Of a DNA stretch of 64,000 nt, positions 45,101-59,093 are shown in pieces (positions within the stretch are counted from its first letter, which is position 1; each line of letters opens with the position of its first letter). The position numbers and the translations under genes are program-made. The notes beneath the pieces are model-generated. The model did not search any database. It saw only the letters and a list, made by a program, of their open reading frames with translations, and had not been told where the DNA came from. The stretch comes from Podarcis filfolensis. Lineage: Eukaryota. The stretch lies in assembly GCA_964270895.1 (NCBI GenBank), contig OZ185447.1. The stretch is one strand, 5' to 3'.

Positions 45101-48100
45101 AAGACTCCCAGGGTGAATGGAGCAACCCTGCCAGATGGCTATGGTATAAATAATATATGATGATTATGATTAAAAGGCTTCCAATGCATAAAGAAAAAGA
45201 GCTTCCAATGCATAATAAAGTCTCCATCTGTTGTGTCAAAATCATTGATATTTTGCACATGTTCTTTGTTAACTGAAACTACGTTACTATACCTAAATAA
45301 GCTTCATGAAGAAATGTTTCTGTAAACCATGGCACTTTATTCAAAATCTCATTTATGCTATTTCCCATTCAACTCCATTTTCTCTTTCTATTAGCTGCAC
45401 CCTGTTCTTCAGGACATTTCATTTAACAACTCAGCTGGAGAAACCGTGTCCTTTACTGATCAAAGAGAAGTGGAAGGGGGATTTGACATCATGAACATAG
45501 TCACGTTCCCAAACAGGTCCTTCCTTCGATTGAAGATTGGATGGGTTGATTCTGATGCAGATGATGGAAAAGAATTCATCATTAATGAGGACATGATTTT
45601 ATGGCACAATGATTTTAACCAGGTCTGGAATCTAGGCAGGGGTGCCAACTTGAATAAAATACTAGGGCGGGTAACCCCCACCCTGCATAATCGATTGCAA
45701 GACGTGGCTCATGAACACCTTTTGAATAGCAGTGCCCATCACCTCTGGGAGAGGGCAGGCCCCTCAATTATTTTATTGAGGGTGTATGTGAAGGGAACTT
45801 GGCCCCTAGAAATTTGCATGTGTTACTCTAGGGTTTACTTGTGGGCCCCACATTCTGCTGCTTATGAGCACACTGATATATTCCTCCACTAAATTCTTGT
45901 TTAAAAGACTTGTACAATGGCCTCTTAAGCCTGTGGGGCAGAGCATGGATCACTTTTCAGGTTAACTTGTTTCATTCACTTTGAGTTTGGGGCCTTAAAG
46001 GCAGAATTAATAATAATAATAATAAATTCTTACTAAATACTGATATGGTTAGGAGAGTGACATAAGTTTTGAATATCTGTCACATATGGTCTTTCCACTA
46101 TAAAGTTTCTGATTTCTGAAATGTTTTATCTGTATCTTATATTTTGCCTCTTTCATTCCTGTTTCTTAATACAAAGGGGCTGATGGTTGGACTATATATG
46201 AAGAAGCGGTCCTGTGCCAATGTTTATGGGATGAGAGATCCCCTTTCTTATTTGAACTTCAGAATTTGAAACATTCTTTCAAATATTTATCCCTTCTGAA
46301 ATGATTTCCTCTTTATTAATAGGTGATGCCAGTTTCTGTGTGCAATGACTACTGCCGTGCGGGCTATCAGAAGAAAAGGAAGGAAGGGCAGAAATTTTGC
46401 TGCTATGATTGTACTCCATGCCCAGAAGGGAAGATTTCAAACCAGAATGGTATGTGACAGTTTTCATTGTACGAGATTAGCAGATTTCTGTGGAAAAAAG
46501 TTAAATTATTATTATTATTATTTTCATTTCTATACAGCTTTATATTTTTAAGAAAAATCTCAAAGTGGTTTACAGCATATTTAATAAAGCAATCCAGAAT
46601 CAAACATTTCCAAGGAAAGTCTAATGCAAAGTATATAGTCAAAACAGCATAATTAACAGGAAATTAAAATATTATCTTAAATATTTCAAAATAGAACATT
46701 ACAAAAGAGGTCAACTATAGATTACATATTTAATTACATACATACACACAGTGGTACCTCGGGTTAAGTACTTAATTCGTTCCGGAGGTCCATACTTAAC
46801 CTGAAACTGTTCTTAACCTGAAGAACCACTTTAGCTAATGGGGCCTCCTGCTGCTGCCGCGCTGCCGGAGCACAGTTTCTGTTCTCATCCTGAAGCAAAG
46901 TTCTTAACCTGAAGCTCTATTTCTGGGTTAGCGGAGTCTGTAACCTGAAGCGTATGTAACCCGTGGTGCCACTGTACATTCATACTGTATATACATACAC
47001 ACTATGCTGTGCACCACACTATCCAGCTTGGAGTGGTGTGAATAATTTATTGCTACTTTCCACTAACATCTCATCAAAGCCTACAAAAACCAAAGAGCCT
47101 GGTGAAATCCCATGCAGGTGGATCTAAAATTAAGATTTCATTGTACACATTATTTAAGTGAAGCTGTCAAGTCAAGTAGTAAAATGGTACAAAAGTTGCA
47201 GATTTGCAAATGATGTGTGTAGTCAGAATGAAACATGCAAGACATCATCATGGGTGAAATTAGGTAAGAATCTTATCCATTATGCTTCAGGGAAGAGGAA
47301 ATATCATGGCACTAATTACAACCAGCATTTGCTGTTTGAATGGCATTCCACTTGATGGTGGAATGGCATTCCACTTGAGGATGTACTCAACATCCTTCAG
47401 AGATGAACAAGGTTGAAACTTTGTATTTGGCAAGACAAGCATCCAGGTTCCAAGTAGGGAACTGCATATGTATGTGGGTGGAAATAGGCAACACTGGGCC
47501 CAATCGGACCTAGTGGCATGCCTTTCTCTTATCACTCTTTAGGCCCTTTACAGTCTGCCTTATTGATGTGAGTTTCTGCCCATCATTTTGACAAAGGCTT
47601 TAGAATGCCTAGCAATGGCTACTGGCACTTACTGAAGGAAAGGCAAAAACATCCTAACCTGGAGACAATTAAATATGGGAACAAAATTCACCCCCCCACA
47701 CAGTTAACTGTCCACCCAAAAAAACCAAGGTTCCACTAACTCTGCCATCTTGGTGCCATTGGTCAAAGACCCCCACCCTGCTGGGTGCACAGCATGGCTA
47801 CTTAAAATGATTTAAACAAACCTATGTCAGATTCTGCAGGAAAGCAATGAGTAATTCAAATATACAACCAGCTCTCTGACCGTAAGGAAGGTTCAAAAGA
47901 GATCAGCAGGATCAATAATGGCTTCGTAGTAGGCAAAAAACACAGATGAATTGCAAATGGAGTTTAACTTTCTTCTATTTGTCAGATATGGCTGACTGCT
48001 TCAGATGCCCTGAAGATCAGTATGCAAACAAGAAGAAAGATGGATGCATCCCTAAAACTATCAACTTTCTGTCTTATGAAGAACCTTTAGGGATCAGCTT

Positions 48101-48887
48101 GGCCTCACTTGCTCTTTCTTTTTCCCTGATCACAACATTGGTGCTTGCAACGTTTATTCAGCACAAAGACACTCCCATTGTCAAAGCCAACAACAGGGGT
48201 CTCACCTACAGTCTCCTCATCACCCTCATATTCTGCTTCCTTTCATCTCTTCTATTCATTGGACACCCTGGAAAAATGACCTGCCTTCTTCGCCAAACAA
48301 CTTTTGGCATCATCTTCTCTGTGGCAGTTTCCTGTGTGTTGGCCAAAACCATCACCGTAGTTGCAGCTTTCATGGCCACCAAGCCTGGATCCAGTATGAG
48401 AAAGTGGATGGGGAAAAGACTGACCAATTCTGTTATCCTTTCCTGCTCCCTCGTTCAAGTGATTATTTGTACTGGGTGGTTGATGACCTCTCCACCATTC
48501 CCTGCTCTTGACATGCACTCAGTCATGGAAGAAACCATTGTGCAATGTATTGAAGGCTCGGTGACCATGTTTTACTGTGTCTTGGGCTACATGGGCCTCC
48601 TGGCTATTGCCAGCTTCATTGTGGCATTTGCAGCTCGCAAATTGCCAGACACTTTTAATGAAGCCAAGTTCATTACCTTCAGCATGTTGCTGTTCTGCAG
48701 TGTTTGGTTGTCTTTTGTCCCAACCTACCTGAGCAACAAAGGAAAATCCATGGTGGTGGTGGAGATCTTCTCCATCTTGTCCTCCAGTGCTGGGTTGTTG
48801 GTCTGCATCTTTGCCCCTAAATGCTACATCATTATTCTGAAGCCAGAGCTGAACAACAGGGAGCAACTGATAAGGAGAAGAATGTAA
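42143..48887 (+). CDS. Vomeronasal type-2 receptor, gene D, 875 aa
   Basis: Exons 42143-42357, 43404-43695, 44036-44899, 45395-45622, 46323-46449, 47986-48887. GT-AG, open frame. Confidence 0.92.
46749..46974 (-). mobile_element. Tc1/mariner-superfamily MITE in gene D intron 5
   Basis: CAGTGGTACCTC ... GTGGTGCCACTG, inserted in the TACA-rich tract that is uninterrupted in gene C. Confidence 0.85.
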
Positions 48888-49701
48888 ATTCAACCTTCCT
48901 TCTTCTTTCTCTTCTATTGTTATACAGAAGGGATTTTAGTATTAAAGTGGTTACTTTGAGTACCTCCTCCGGTGTGATACTCTTTGGTGGGATCAATTTT
49001 GGAAAGTTTAGTGTTGTGAAATTAAAGCAGATTAAAATGCTCTGTCACCTTAGCTCAGGAGCGAGGAACAACTTTCCGGGCGGGGGGAGGGTGGTAGTTT
49101 CCATTAAAGTGCTAATAAAATGGATGCAGGGGGAGGGGAGCTTGGTTTTTGATAGAGAAACTGCTTCCACATCATTGATCAAGCCTCTTTGTAGCTGTCC
49201 GTTTAAAAGACTCATTGCCTTCTGACACCCAGTGACAGACGGGTTGGTGGCCCCTTTCAAGTACCAAACATTGGCCCTCAAGGCCTGGGAAAATGATCAG
49301 TCTGGCCAACTGTGGGGAAGTGTTACTGACTCGTGCCTTAAGGCAAGAAACTTATGAATAAAAATGGAGTTTTGTGGGTAGGGAAGCAATAGAGAAATGT
49401 ATTGGAAAGTGTTGAATGAATGGTGGCTTTGATAACTTTGAATTACTTCCTATTCTCTTGTATGGGACTGATTTACCTTATATTACTCTGTTCTTTAATT
49501 CCAAATTATATTTTCTTAAATAAAGAAACATGTTAACTAAAATTAAAGTTCTGAGAGTCTTCCTTGAACCTCAAATACCTTGCTGACTAATATGGAACAG
49601 AACAGAACAAATCAACTGTTTGGATGGGCCCACAAAAAGAAAAAAAGTTTTCAGTAGGCATCTAAAAGATTTAAAGTATTGTGAACGCCTAAAGTTAATA
49701 G

Positions 49702-49706
49702 TAGTA

Positions 49707-49750
<44 letters not shown>

Positions 49751-50791
49751 TTATTATTTGTACCCTGCCCATTTGGCTGGGTTTCCCCAGCCACTCTGGG
49801 TGGCTTCCAACAAAGATGAAAAATACACTAAAATGTCACATATTAAAAACTTCCCTGAACAGGGCTGCCTTCAGATGTCTTCTGAATGTCAGGTAGTTGT
49901 TTATCGCTTTGACATCTTATGGGAGGGTGTTCCACAGGGTGGGTGCCACTACCGAGAAGGCCCTCTGCCTGGTTCCCTGTAACTTGGCCTCTCGCAGTGA
50001 GGGAACTGCCAGAAGGCCCTCGGAGCTGGACCTCAGTGTCCGGGCAGAACGATGGGGGAGGAGACGCTCCTTCAGATATACTGGACCGAGGCCGTTTAGG
50101 GCTTTAAATGTAAGCACCAACACTTTGAATTGTGCTCGGGAACGTACTGGGAGCCAATGTAGGTCTTTCAAGACCGGTGTTATATGGTCTCGGCGGCCGC
50201 TCCCAGTCACCAGTCTAGCTGCCGCATTCTGGATTAGTTGTAGTTTCCGGGTCACCTTCAAAGGTAGCCCCACGTAGAGCGCATTGCAGTAGTCCAAGCA
50301 GGAGATAACCAGAGCATGCACCACTCTGGCGAGACAGTCTGCAGGCAGATAGGGTCTCAGCCTACGTACCAGATGGAGCTGGTAAACAGCTGCCCTGGAT
50401 ACAGATTTGACCTGTGCCTCCATGGACAGCTGTGAGTCCAAAATGACTCCCAGGCTGCGCACCTGGTCCTTCAGGGGCACAGTTACCCCATTCAGGACTG
50501 GGGAATCCTCCACACCTGCCCGCCTCCTGTCCCCCAAAAACAGTACTTTTGTCTTGTCAGGATTCAACCTCAATCTGTTAGCCGCCATCCATCCTCCAAC
50601 TGCCTCCAGACACTCACACAGGACCTTCACCGCCTTCACTGGTTCTGATTTAAAAGAGAGGTAGAGCTGGGTATCATCCACATACTGATGAACACCCAGC
50701 CCAAACCTCCTGATGATCTCTCCCAGTGGCTGCATGTAAATGTTGAAAAGCATGGGGGAGAGGACAGAACCCTGAGGCACCCCACAAGTGA
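49702..50791 (-). mobile_element. 5'-truncated L2 LINE with RT C-terminal region
   Basis: Minus ORF TCGVPQGSVLSPMLFNIYM...HQYVDDTQLY...RLNPDKT..LGVILDSQL..LDYCNAL..ITPVLKDLHWLPV; (ATT)n tail at 49702-49750. The empty site AATAG|GAGTTCC is present in the C flank (about 39310). The first ~26 aa of the track ORF are host flank. Confidence 0.9.
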
Positions 50792-51847
50792 GAGTTCCAA
50801 AGGTGCTGCCACATTTATTATGTATTTTTAAACTCTTTAAACATGCATAACAGACACTGCAGGGCACTGGAAGAAGCTTAAGTTCTTTACATGGAAGTTA
50901 TTGGACCGGCACGTGTGAGTTAAAGCAATCCCTAAAGTAAACCGGTCCCAATATATTAAGGACTTCTTATATGAATGTGTTAGTAGGTGCCTGATAAATG
51001 GTTTCAATACAATGGGAGAGAGGCGTCAGTTAAAGGGGCTCTATGCCCTCCGAATGTCTCTTCCAGGCCCTCAGAAGTCTTCCCAGGTTGTATTCCTCAC
51101 TGGCTCTGCTTCATATCCTGAGGTTTTGCTTGCCTGGAATATGTCCTTGAACTTTGATAATAATACTGCTTGGCCTGAATTAAAAAAAATATTGTGCCAG
51201 CTCACAAGAAATGATTTAAATAATTGACAATAAATCATGTTTATCCACCTCAGTTTCGGTCACCTCCTGAGTCATCTTCTAGTAAGCTTGTAGACAGGAA
51301 AAATGCCTTTTCTTTTTTATTAAAAATAAAATAAAAATGCTTCCTGTTTTCTAAAAGAGTACAGAAACAAACTTTTTATTTATGGTTTTCTTTGCACAAA
51401 CTGTATTTGCAATTCCTCTGCATTAGAGAAATTGGGGAGGACAAAAGTGGAAATGAAGATGAATTTTTTTTTTATCTAAATAACATGGTGGATACTACCA
51501 ATGCTGTGCCAAACCTTATCCTCCAATTTTTCCAAGCTTCCTTCTCCTGTGATTCAGTATTATATCTTACTACCTCATTTTCATGCTGCTTTGATGTTTC
51601 ACTGGGGGTGGTAGAGAGTTGAATTTAGCTCTGGGTTGTGAGATTGCTGACATTGGAAAGAGTGTTTTTCTTTTATCAAATATTTCTTCTGTGCCTCCTG
51701 ATCACAATTTGATGCACCTCCCTGGACTTTAATGTAAGTTCAGGAAGCTTGCGATGCTGGCTCCTCATCAACTTGGATCAGTACACTTGCTAATTTTGTT
51801 TTTCAAGGAAGTTCATACTTTTACTTAAACAGATAAGCACATTTATA

Positions 51848-52089
51848 CAGTGGTACCTCGGATTAAGTACTTAATTTGATCTGGAGGTCGGTTCTTAACC
51901 TGAAACTGTTCTTAACCTGAAGCACCACTTTAGCTAATAGGGCCTCCTGCTGCCGCCATGCCGCAGCTGTGTGATTTCAGTGCTCATCCTGAAGCACAGA
52001 TCTTAACCCAAGGTACTATTTCTGGGTTGGCGGAGTCTGTAACCTGAAGCATATGTAACCTGAAGCATATGTAACCAGAGGTACCACTG
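51848..52089 (-). mobile_element. Tc1/mariner-superfamily MITE
   Basis: TA-CAGTGGTACCTC ... GAGGTACCACTG-TA. Confidence 0.87.
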
Positions 52090-52366
52090 TATATAAAAAA
52101 GAACATATGTCAGTAGTAGAGTTTGCAGCTTCCACTGATTTGCACACCTATAGAAATGTTAGTGGGGAATGTCATGACTCTTCAGGGAACTGGAACATCT
52201 GGAAAGGCTGAACATTGCAGATACATTTCCAGATTCACCCTCCACCCTCTATTCTCCATGTAATGGGGGATGGCAAAGAAATGGACAGCTCAGCTCAAAG
52301 AGTAATTCACATAATGCTATACGTCTTGGGACATTTCCATTCTACCTTTAGTTACAGACGTGGGAT

Positions 52367-52636
52367 TGTTACATGTCACATGTCTGTTTACATTCCAGCA
52401 CTGTTTGCTGGCGTAAGTGGAACTTCCGCTGTGTTGTATTGCTTTTGCTTTTCTCTCTCTCTCGGAAGAGACGGCAAAGAGAGACGACATGTTTCTTTGT
52501 CCTGATTTATGTTTAATAAATCCGTAGTTTATAGTATGGCTCCACAAGCCTCAAGCCTCTTTCATTGCACAGTTTGCTTTGCTAAATAAACTGTGCCCAT
52601 CTCAGCAGACTTGGGTCACTGATTTATGTCGCACCA
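52367..52636 (+). mobile_element. Possible solo LTR
   Basis: Starts TGTTAC, contains AATAAA twice, ends ...TGTCGCACCA. No convincing TSD found. Confidence 0.3.
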
Positions 52637-53400
52637 GAGGTCAAAGGATCTTCTCAGCATGACGTCTGGAAGGAGACGATCCAGCTGGGGGCTAGCCAGT
52701 TGGCCGTTTGACCCCCAGATGCTGACAATATGACCATATCTTTTTCAAATATGAATGACTGGACTCTTCTGGACAACCCTTTTTTATTGGGTAGAGAAAT
52801 ATTAACTGCTTGGGTTGGGCTAAAAGTGTTGCATTAGGATTTGGTGCTTTGCTAGCCCAAAGAAAACAACTTCACTCTGATTGGCATTGACTCACATGGG
52901 AAAACTGAAAGCCAATTGTGATTGGTTGTGCCACAAAGGAGCAGAGTTAACAAACACCCAAAAGTGGCTCTCTGAGGAAGGGGAGAAAAGAACATCTAAA
53001 AAAGTTATTATCTCTCCCTGCAATCATCCAAATCACCATAATTAGTTCACATAATCAAAGCCAGAGAGGTTTTTAGTAGGCACTAACAAAGTCAAAAAGC
53101 AACTCTCTTATAAATTATGACATGTTCTATGGATAGCTGGGAATAGGGGCAAGAGACAGGAAACTCTTCATCGGTTTCATTTCTGACTCCCACCCCCATT
53201 TTATTGACCAGCCTTGAATTCAGATTGTTGACAATTTTATCTACTATGAAATACATTTGTTTGTAATTTTTGATTCTCAAAACCAGCTCACAGAACTATC
53301 TTCTAGAAAAGTGTTGCGAAATACAGGTATCACTCATAGTAGGTAGCTCAAGCCAGGAACCTGATAGTGACAGGCAGGTCTGCATTTCTAGTGAAGCAGG

Positions 53401-56400
53401 ATGTTGTGGCTCTTGGTTTTTATGTTTCTGTTGTCCCCTGTTGAGTGCAAAGAAATGACTTTGAGCTGCCCTCCGAGTGATCCTTTTCCTGTTCCACATG
53501 AGTGGTATCAGCCAGGTGGCCTCATCATTGGTGGAATCACTTCTCAGCTGATTTATGTATTCTACGAAGTTTTCTTCAAAGAGCACCCTTCACAAAATCT
53601 GTTCCAGGTTCCACAGTAAGAGTATTTCCCTCGCTGCATCCTTTCTCTATGTGCCCTGCCTTTTATAATTGAAACCTTAGAGAAGGGAGTGTCCCCTTTC
53701 TCATTTACTTCATGTATTCTATATTGTGATCCCTAGGTTTTGTTGCAAATATTAAATATTGCACAGTTTGAAGTGTCTGGAAGCATAAAAACTGACTACT
53801 GTGGAAATGATAAATTGTCCAGACCTTTGAACATGTTATTTAAACCTTTACTGGCAGAATTTTTTACAACATATGAAATAATCCAAAGGTGTCTCTCTCT
53901 TTCCTCTCTTCTTTCCTGCTGGTTTGCTGTTTCTTGTTTTTAAAAAGGCATAGGCTAACTTTCATCTTAAACATAAAACAAAGCAATTTTCTGGTATCTT
54001 TATAGGGAATAAAGCAGAATGTAAATAAATAAATGTTAAGAATTCAATTCTCAGAAGACTTACCTGAGAGTTAAACCCACTGAACATTATAGGACAATAT
54101 TCTGCATAGAAATGCGTAGGTCTTCCCTGGAAATTAAGTCAAATGAGTTCCCATTAAAATTAGTGGAACTTCTAAAGCCATTATAATAACTCATCTCCTT
54201 GATTCCACTGTGACATAACTTTTAAGAAACTTTAAGGGTAGCCATAAAAATGAACATTAGATGCTGCCTTACACCCAGTCCCCCCAAATGTCCATATAGC
54301 TCAACATCATCAGTGTTGAATGTCAGTATTACACAAGGGTCTAAACCTTCCTGGAGATGCCAGGTATGGAAAGTGATCACCTACCTAAGGGGAAATATGT
54401 GAGGGATAGATTCACACAATTCTTAAATCAACTGAGATGAAAAGATCAAGGAAGAGTTAAGAGTGGGTGGGTGTGTCAAAATACTATGCAGCATGCAAAT
54501 GTCCTGACGAATCCTACATTTTCCTGATCTGCATGCTATTTAGCTTGAAAACATTGATTAAGAATAAACAAATAACATTTAAATCCCAAGCAGATTCAGG
54601 GAGAAATGCATAATATTTGGTATGTTGATTTCCTTCATTATAGAATTTTCCTTTGATACTATAAATTAATTAACTCCATTTGCAGTATGATGACAAAATG
54701 CTACCAGCACATACTTGCCTTGGCATTTGCTGTGAAAGAGATTAATGAGAACGCCAAGATCTTACCCAACATCACGCTGGGCTTCCACATCCATGACAGC
54801 TATCATGATGCAAGGATGACCTATCGAAGCACTATTGACCTACTCTTCAAATCACATAGATTTGTCCCCAACTATAAATGTGACACCCAGAAAAACCTCA
54901 TAGCCATCATCGGGGGAATTAGCTATGATACCTCCTTCCATATGAGAGACATCATAGGCCTTTATAAGATTCCACAGGTAGGATCCCCCCCCCCTTTTGC
55001 TTCGCTGATGTGGTCCATAGGAAAATAGATTTGGCACCAGTTTAGCTGCAGGCATTGCCAGAAGGAGGCATACAAGGCAACATCCAACTGACTTAGGGAC
55101 TCTACTCTGGATTTGTGTATGGTTTACGGCATAAGATTTTCTTCTCCTGAAATATCCCACAAGGCAGCAGAGATTTAGGTTCAGAGTTTTTCCTTCTCCT
55201 AGATAGACTACCTTTCCAGGTGCTCAAACCCCTCATTTCCCACTACAGCATGTGCAGTAACTGCCTTCTTGACTTTTGGACCCACTCTTTGTCGCATCCA
55301 CTCAATCCACTGCATGCAGGGGAACCCATAACTCACCAAGGGTGTGAGATCCATTGGCTGCCCTCCTCTGGTTTAGCCAGCTGGTCAAAGCTGTTTCCTA
55401 GGGTATGGTTGACAGTTTCTAGGAGCCAAAGGTGATATCTGAGTGCACGGTGGAGACCAAAAGTAGACAGACTTCCAAAAAAGGAGCACAATGTGACCTG
55501 CAACTGAGATTCTACCCCTCCACTGACAACCCGAAGATCCCATAGTAGTTCCACTCCTTTTAAGATTGCATATTAAACAGTTGTGTCTTTTCCAGGGACC
55601 GTTATGGCTTTCCTATTGCTGCAGTTTTGCTCTTCATCAAAAGTCAAAGGCAACTTCCCAGAAAGGCTGTAATATAATTGTTGGATTTTTAATGTAAAAA
55701 ATATTTGCATAACTGTAAAGGTAAAGGGACCCCTGAGCATTAAGTCCAGTCACTGACGACTCTGGGGTTGCGGCGCTCATCTCGCTTTACTGGCTGAGGG
55801 AGTGGGCGTTTGTCCGCAGACAGTTTTTCCAGGTCATGTGGCCAGCATGGCTAAGCCGCTTCTGACCAAGCAATGGGAGCTCACCCTGTTGCAGAGATTC
55901 AAACCACCGACCTTCAGATCGGCAAGCCCTAGGCTCAGTGGTTTAGACCACAGTGCCACCCGCGTCCCAACCTGTAGAAATGTTTAATTGAAAAAGTTGT
56001 TGAATTGAACTTTAATGGAAATTACAAATTGCTTAAACATTTTTGTTGGTGGTGATGTTTTAATGAAAGAGGCACATGTTCAGGAAGAAAGCTTCCAGTG
56101 TAGCTCTGTAATATCCTTGTAATTTTTTTCAGCTTGCATATGGTTCATTTTACACTGAGGAGGTAAGAGATACAAGTCGGATCCCTTCATTCTACCGAAT
56201 GGTGCCAAATGAAGCCCAACAATATATAGGAATTATCAGATTACTTAAGCATTTTGAATGGACATGGGTTGGTCTATTTACTATGGATGATGACAGTGGA
56301 CAAAATTTCTTGCAGACCATGGAACCTCTGCTTTCCCAAAATGGAATCTGCTCAGCCTTCACACAAAGAATCCCACATCAAATCCATCTTGATAACCTGG

Positions 56401-59046
56401 ATGAAACACATGACATAGCCTTAAATATGTATGTACTGGTCACAGATAATAAAGTCACTACATTTATCGTCTATGGAGAATCTCTCACAATCATATGGCT
56501 TAGAGCCATTCTATTTATGCAAGATCCAACAAATAAGATAGACACATCATTTAAAAGGGTGTGGATCTTGACAGCACATACTGATTTCATAGCAATAGGG
56601 CTTTTTAGATTCTGGGATTTTCAGGTCTTCCATGGTGCCATATCCTTCACAATTCATTCACAAAATCTTCTAAAGTTCAGTGAATTTCTTCAGAGGATCA
56701 AGCCTTCCTGGAGCCAGGGAGATGGCTTTTTCAAAGACTTCTGGGAGCAAGTATTTGACTGTATATTTCCAAATCCCCATGTGGTAGTGGAGCCCAAAGA
56801 ACTGTGTACTGGAGAGGAGAGCTTGGACAGTCTTCCAGGGGCTCTGTTTGAAATGGAGATATCTGGCCATAGCTACAGTATCTACAATGCTGTTTACACT
56901 GTGGCTCATGCCTTGCATAACACTTACTCACCTAGATCCAAGCAGAGAACAATGGAGAGGAGTGAAAGATTAAAACTTCAGGATGTGCAGCCTTGGCAGG
57001 TAATGCTTTGCAAACAAAGAGCAACAAACATATGATTCTTTCACTGAAACACTAAGTACAAAAGTAGTAGTATTTTTTGCCACATACAAACAAAGCTTTA
57101 TGCTTTCATATTTCCTTCATATATTTTTTTTTGGGGGGGTGTGCACGCGCATAACAATTTTTGCATCAACTCTGCCAAGACAACTGATTTTTCACACTTG
57201 GTCTATGTACTGTAAAGCTACATAATTATAGCTAAATAATGCTGATAAAGAAAGTTGTTGTAAATAATGACATTTTGTTCAATATCTCCATTATGTAGTT
57301 TCCCCTTCATCTCTCTTTTCACTTTCATTTAGTTACACCGTTTTCTTAATGAAATTTCATTCAACAACTCAGCTGGAGAAACAATGTTCTTTACTAATAA
57401 GAGAGAAATGGGAGGTGGATTTGACATCATGAACTTGGTCACCTTCCCAAACAAGTCTTTCCTTCGAGTGAAGGTTGGATGGGTGGATCCCAACGCTCTC
57501 AACAGAAAAGAATTCACCATTCATGAGGACCTGATTATATGGAACAAAGCCTTTAACCAGGTATGGAAACTGGGCATTCCTTTGAGCCAAGGTACTCGCC
57601 AGATAATCACCATTTTTCTCTCTTGTGATTGACTGTTGGGCTAAGTGACCTTTCCCACCTGCTTCATACACCTACCCAGCAGTGCCAAATAGGTGCAATT
57701 GCACATTACTTGAATTGGCTTTCTGGTCACTTGGCAGGTGGGTGCAGAAGAGGAAAGAGGTTGGCAAAGATGTTGAGCTCCTTGTGAATTCTGATTCTAG
57801 AGACTAGTCACTGCGCTCTCTGAAACACGTGGCAGGGTAAGGGTGACTTTTGAAATTAACGTGCTTTGCTAACTTGGAGTTGTGTGTCTCAAAGGCTGTG
57901 TGAATCAGAAAGACCTCGGTTAATCATGGCAGGTTTAGGAGCCTGATAGAAGATCTAAAGATTTCTTTATGCATGGGCTTTCCCCTTTGCCAGGCATAGG
58001 CAAACTCTGCCCTCCAGATGTTTTGGGACTACAACTCCCACCATCCCTAGCTAATAGGATCAGTGGTCAGGGATGATGGGAATTGTAGTCTCAAAACATC
58101 TGGAGGGCAGAGTTTGCCTATGCCTGCCCTTTGCTATTTATAAATTCTTAAACTTACAGCTAATAAAGTGACCCTAGCTTAATCCATGTATTATATCTTG
58201 CCTCTTTTTCTGGTTTACTAACAAAGAATGGGCCAATGGCTGTGATTTATATGAAGCAGCTTCTAATGTTTTTGGGGGGGAGGAAGGGGGTGGTTGTGAG
58301 AGGTTTACTTTCTTATTTGAAGTCCAGTGACTGAGCATTTTTTAAGAAAGAAGTCTCCCTTATGAAATTATTTCCTGTGTATGGATAGATGACACCCATT
58401 TCTGTGTGTAATGACTACTGCCGGCCTGGTAATCAGAAGAACAGGAAGGAAGGGCAGAAATTTTGCTGCTACGATTGTACGCTATGTCCAGAAGGGAAGA
58501 TGTCAAACCAGAGTGGTAAAGGACACTTTTCATTGTTCAATATTAATAAAGATTATTGTGTCAGATCTATTTAAAATAATTTAATTACTACATTTTTGCA
58601 TGTATCTGCACTATCCTACTTGGAGTGGTGTGTTCATATTTTTCTGCTGTTTTCCAGCAACCTCTGAAGAAAGCATTTAAAAACCAATAAGTCTGGTGCA
58701 ATACAATGCACATAGATTTGAAAGTGCTCCCCACTCATTTCAAATGTATCATTAAATGCATATTTAGAAGTACAATCATCTGCAAGTTGCAGGTTTGTGA
58801 CTTGTTAGTATGACTGGAATGGAACACAGCAGACAACCATGCTAGGTGAAATTTGGTCAGACACTTATTTATTATGCCTCAGGTAAGCAGGTTTGGCAAA
58901 GGAGTAGGGTGAAGAGGAGGTTATCATTTCAGTGAGCACCTGCTATTCAAATTCCACTCAGTGGTTGAGATGCACCCATTACCCTTAGGAGTTGACCAGC
59001 GTTGGAGAGTGGTGTGCAGGAGTTGGAGACAGGTATCACAGATCTC

Positions 59047-59093
<47 letters not shown>

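Noticed and set aside
55100-55610. Possible RTE-type LINE 3' fragment in gene E intron 2
   Set aside because: Resemblance only from memory; no ORF, tail or TSD that I could verify.
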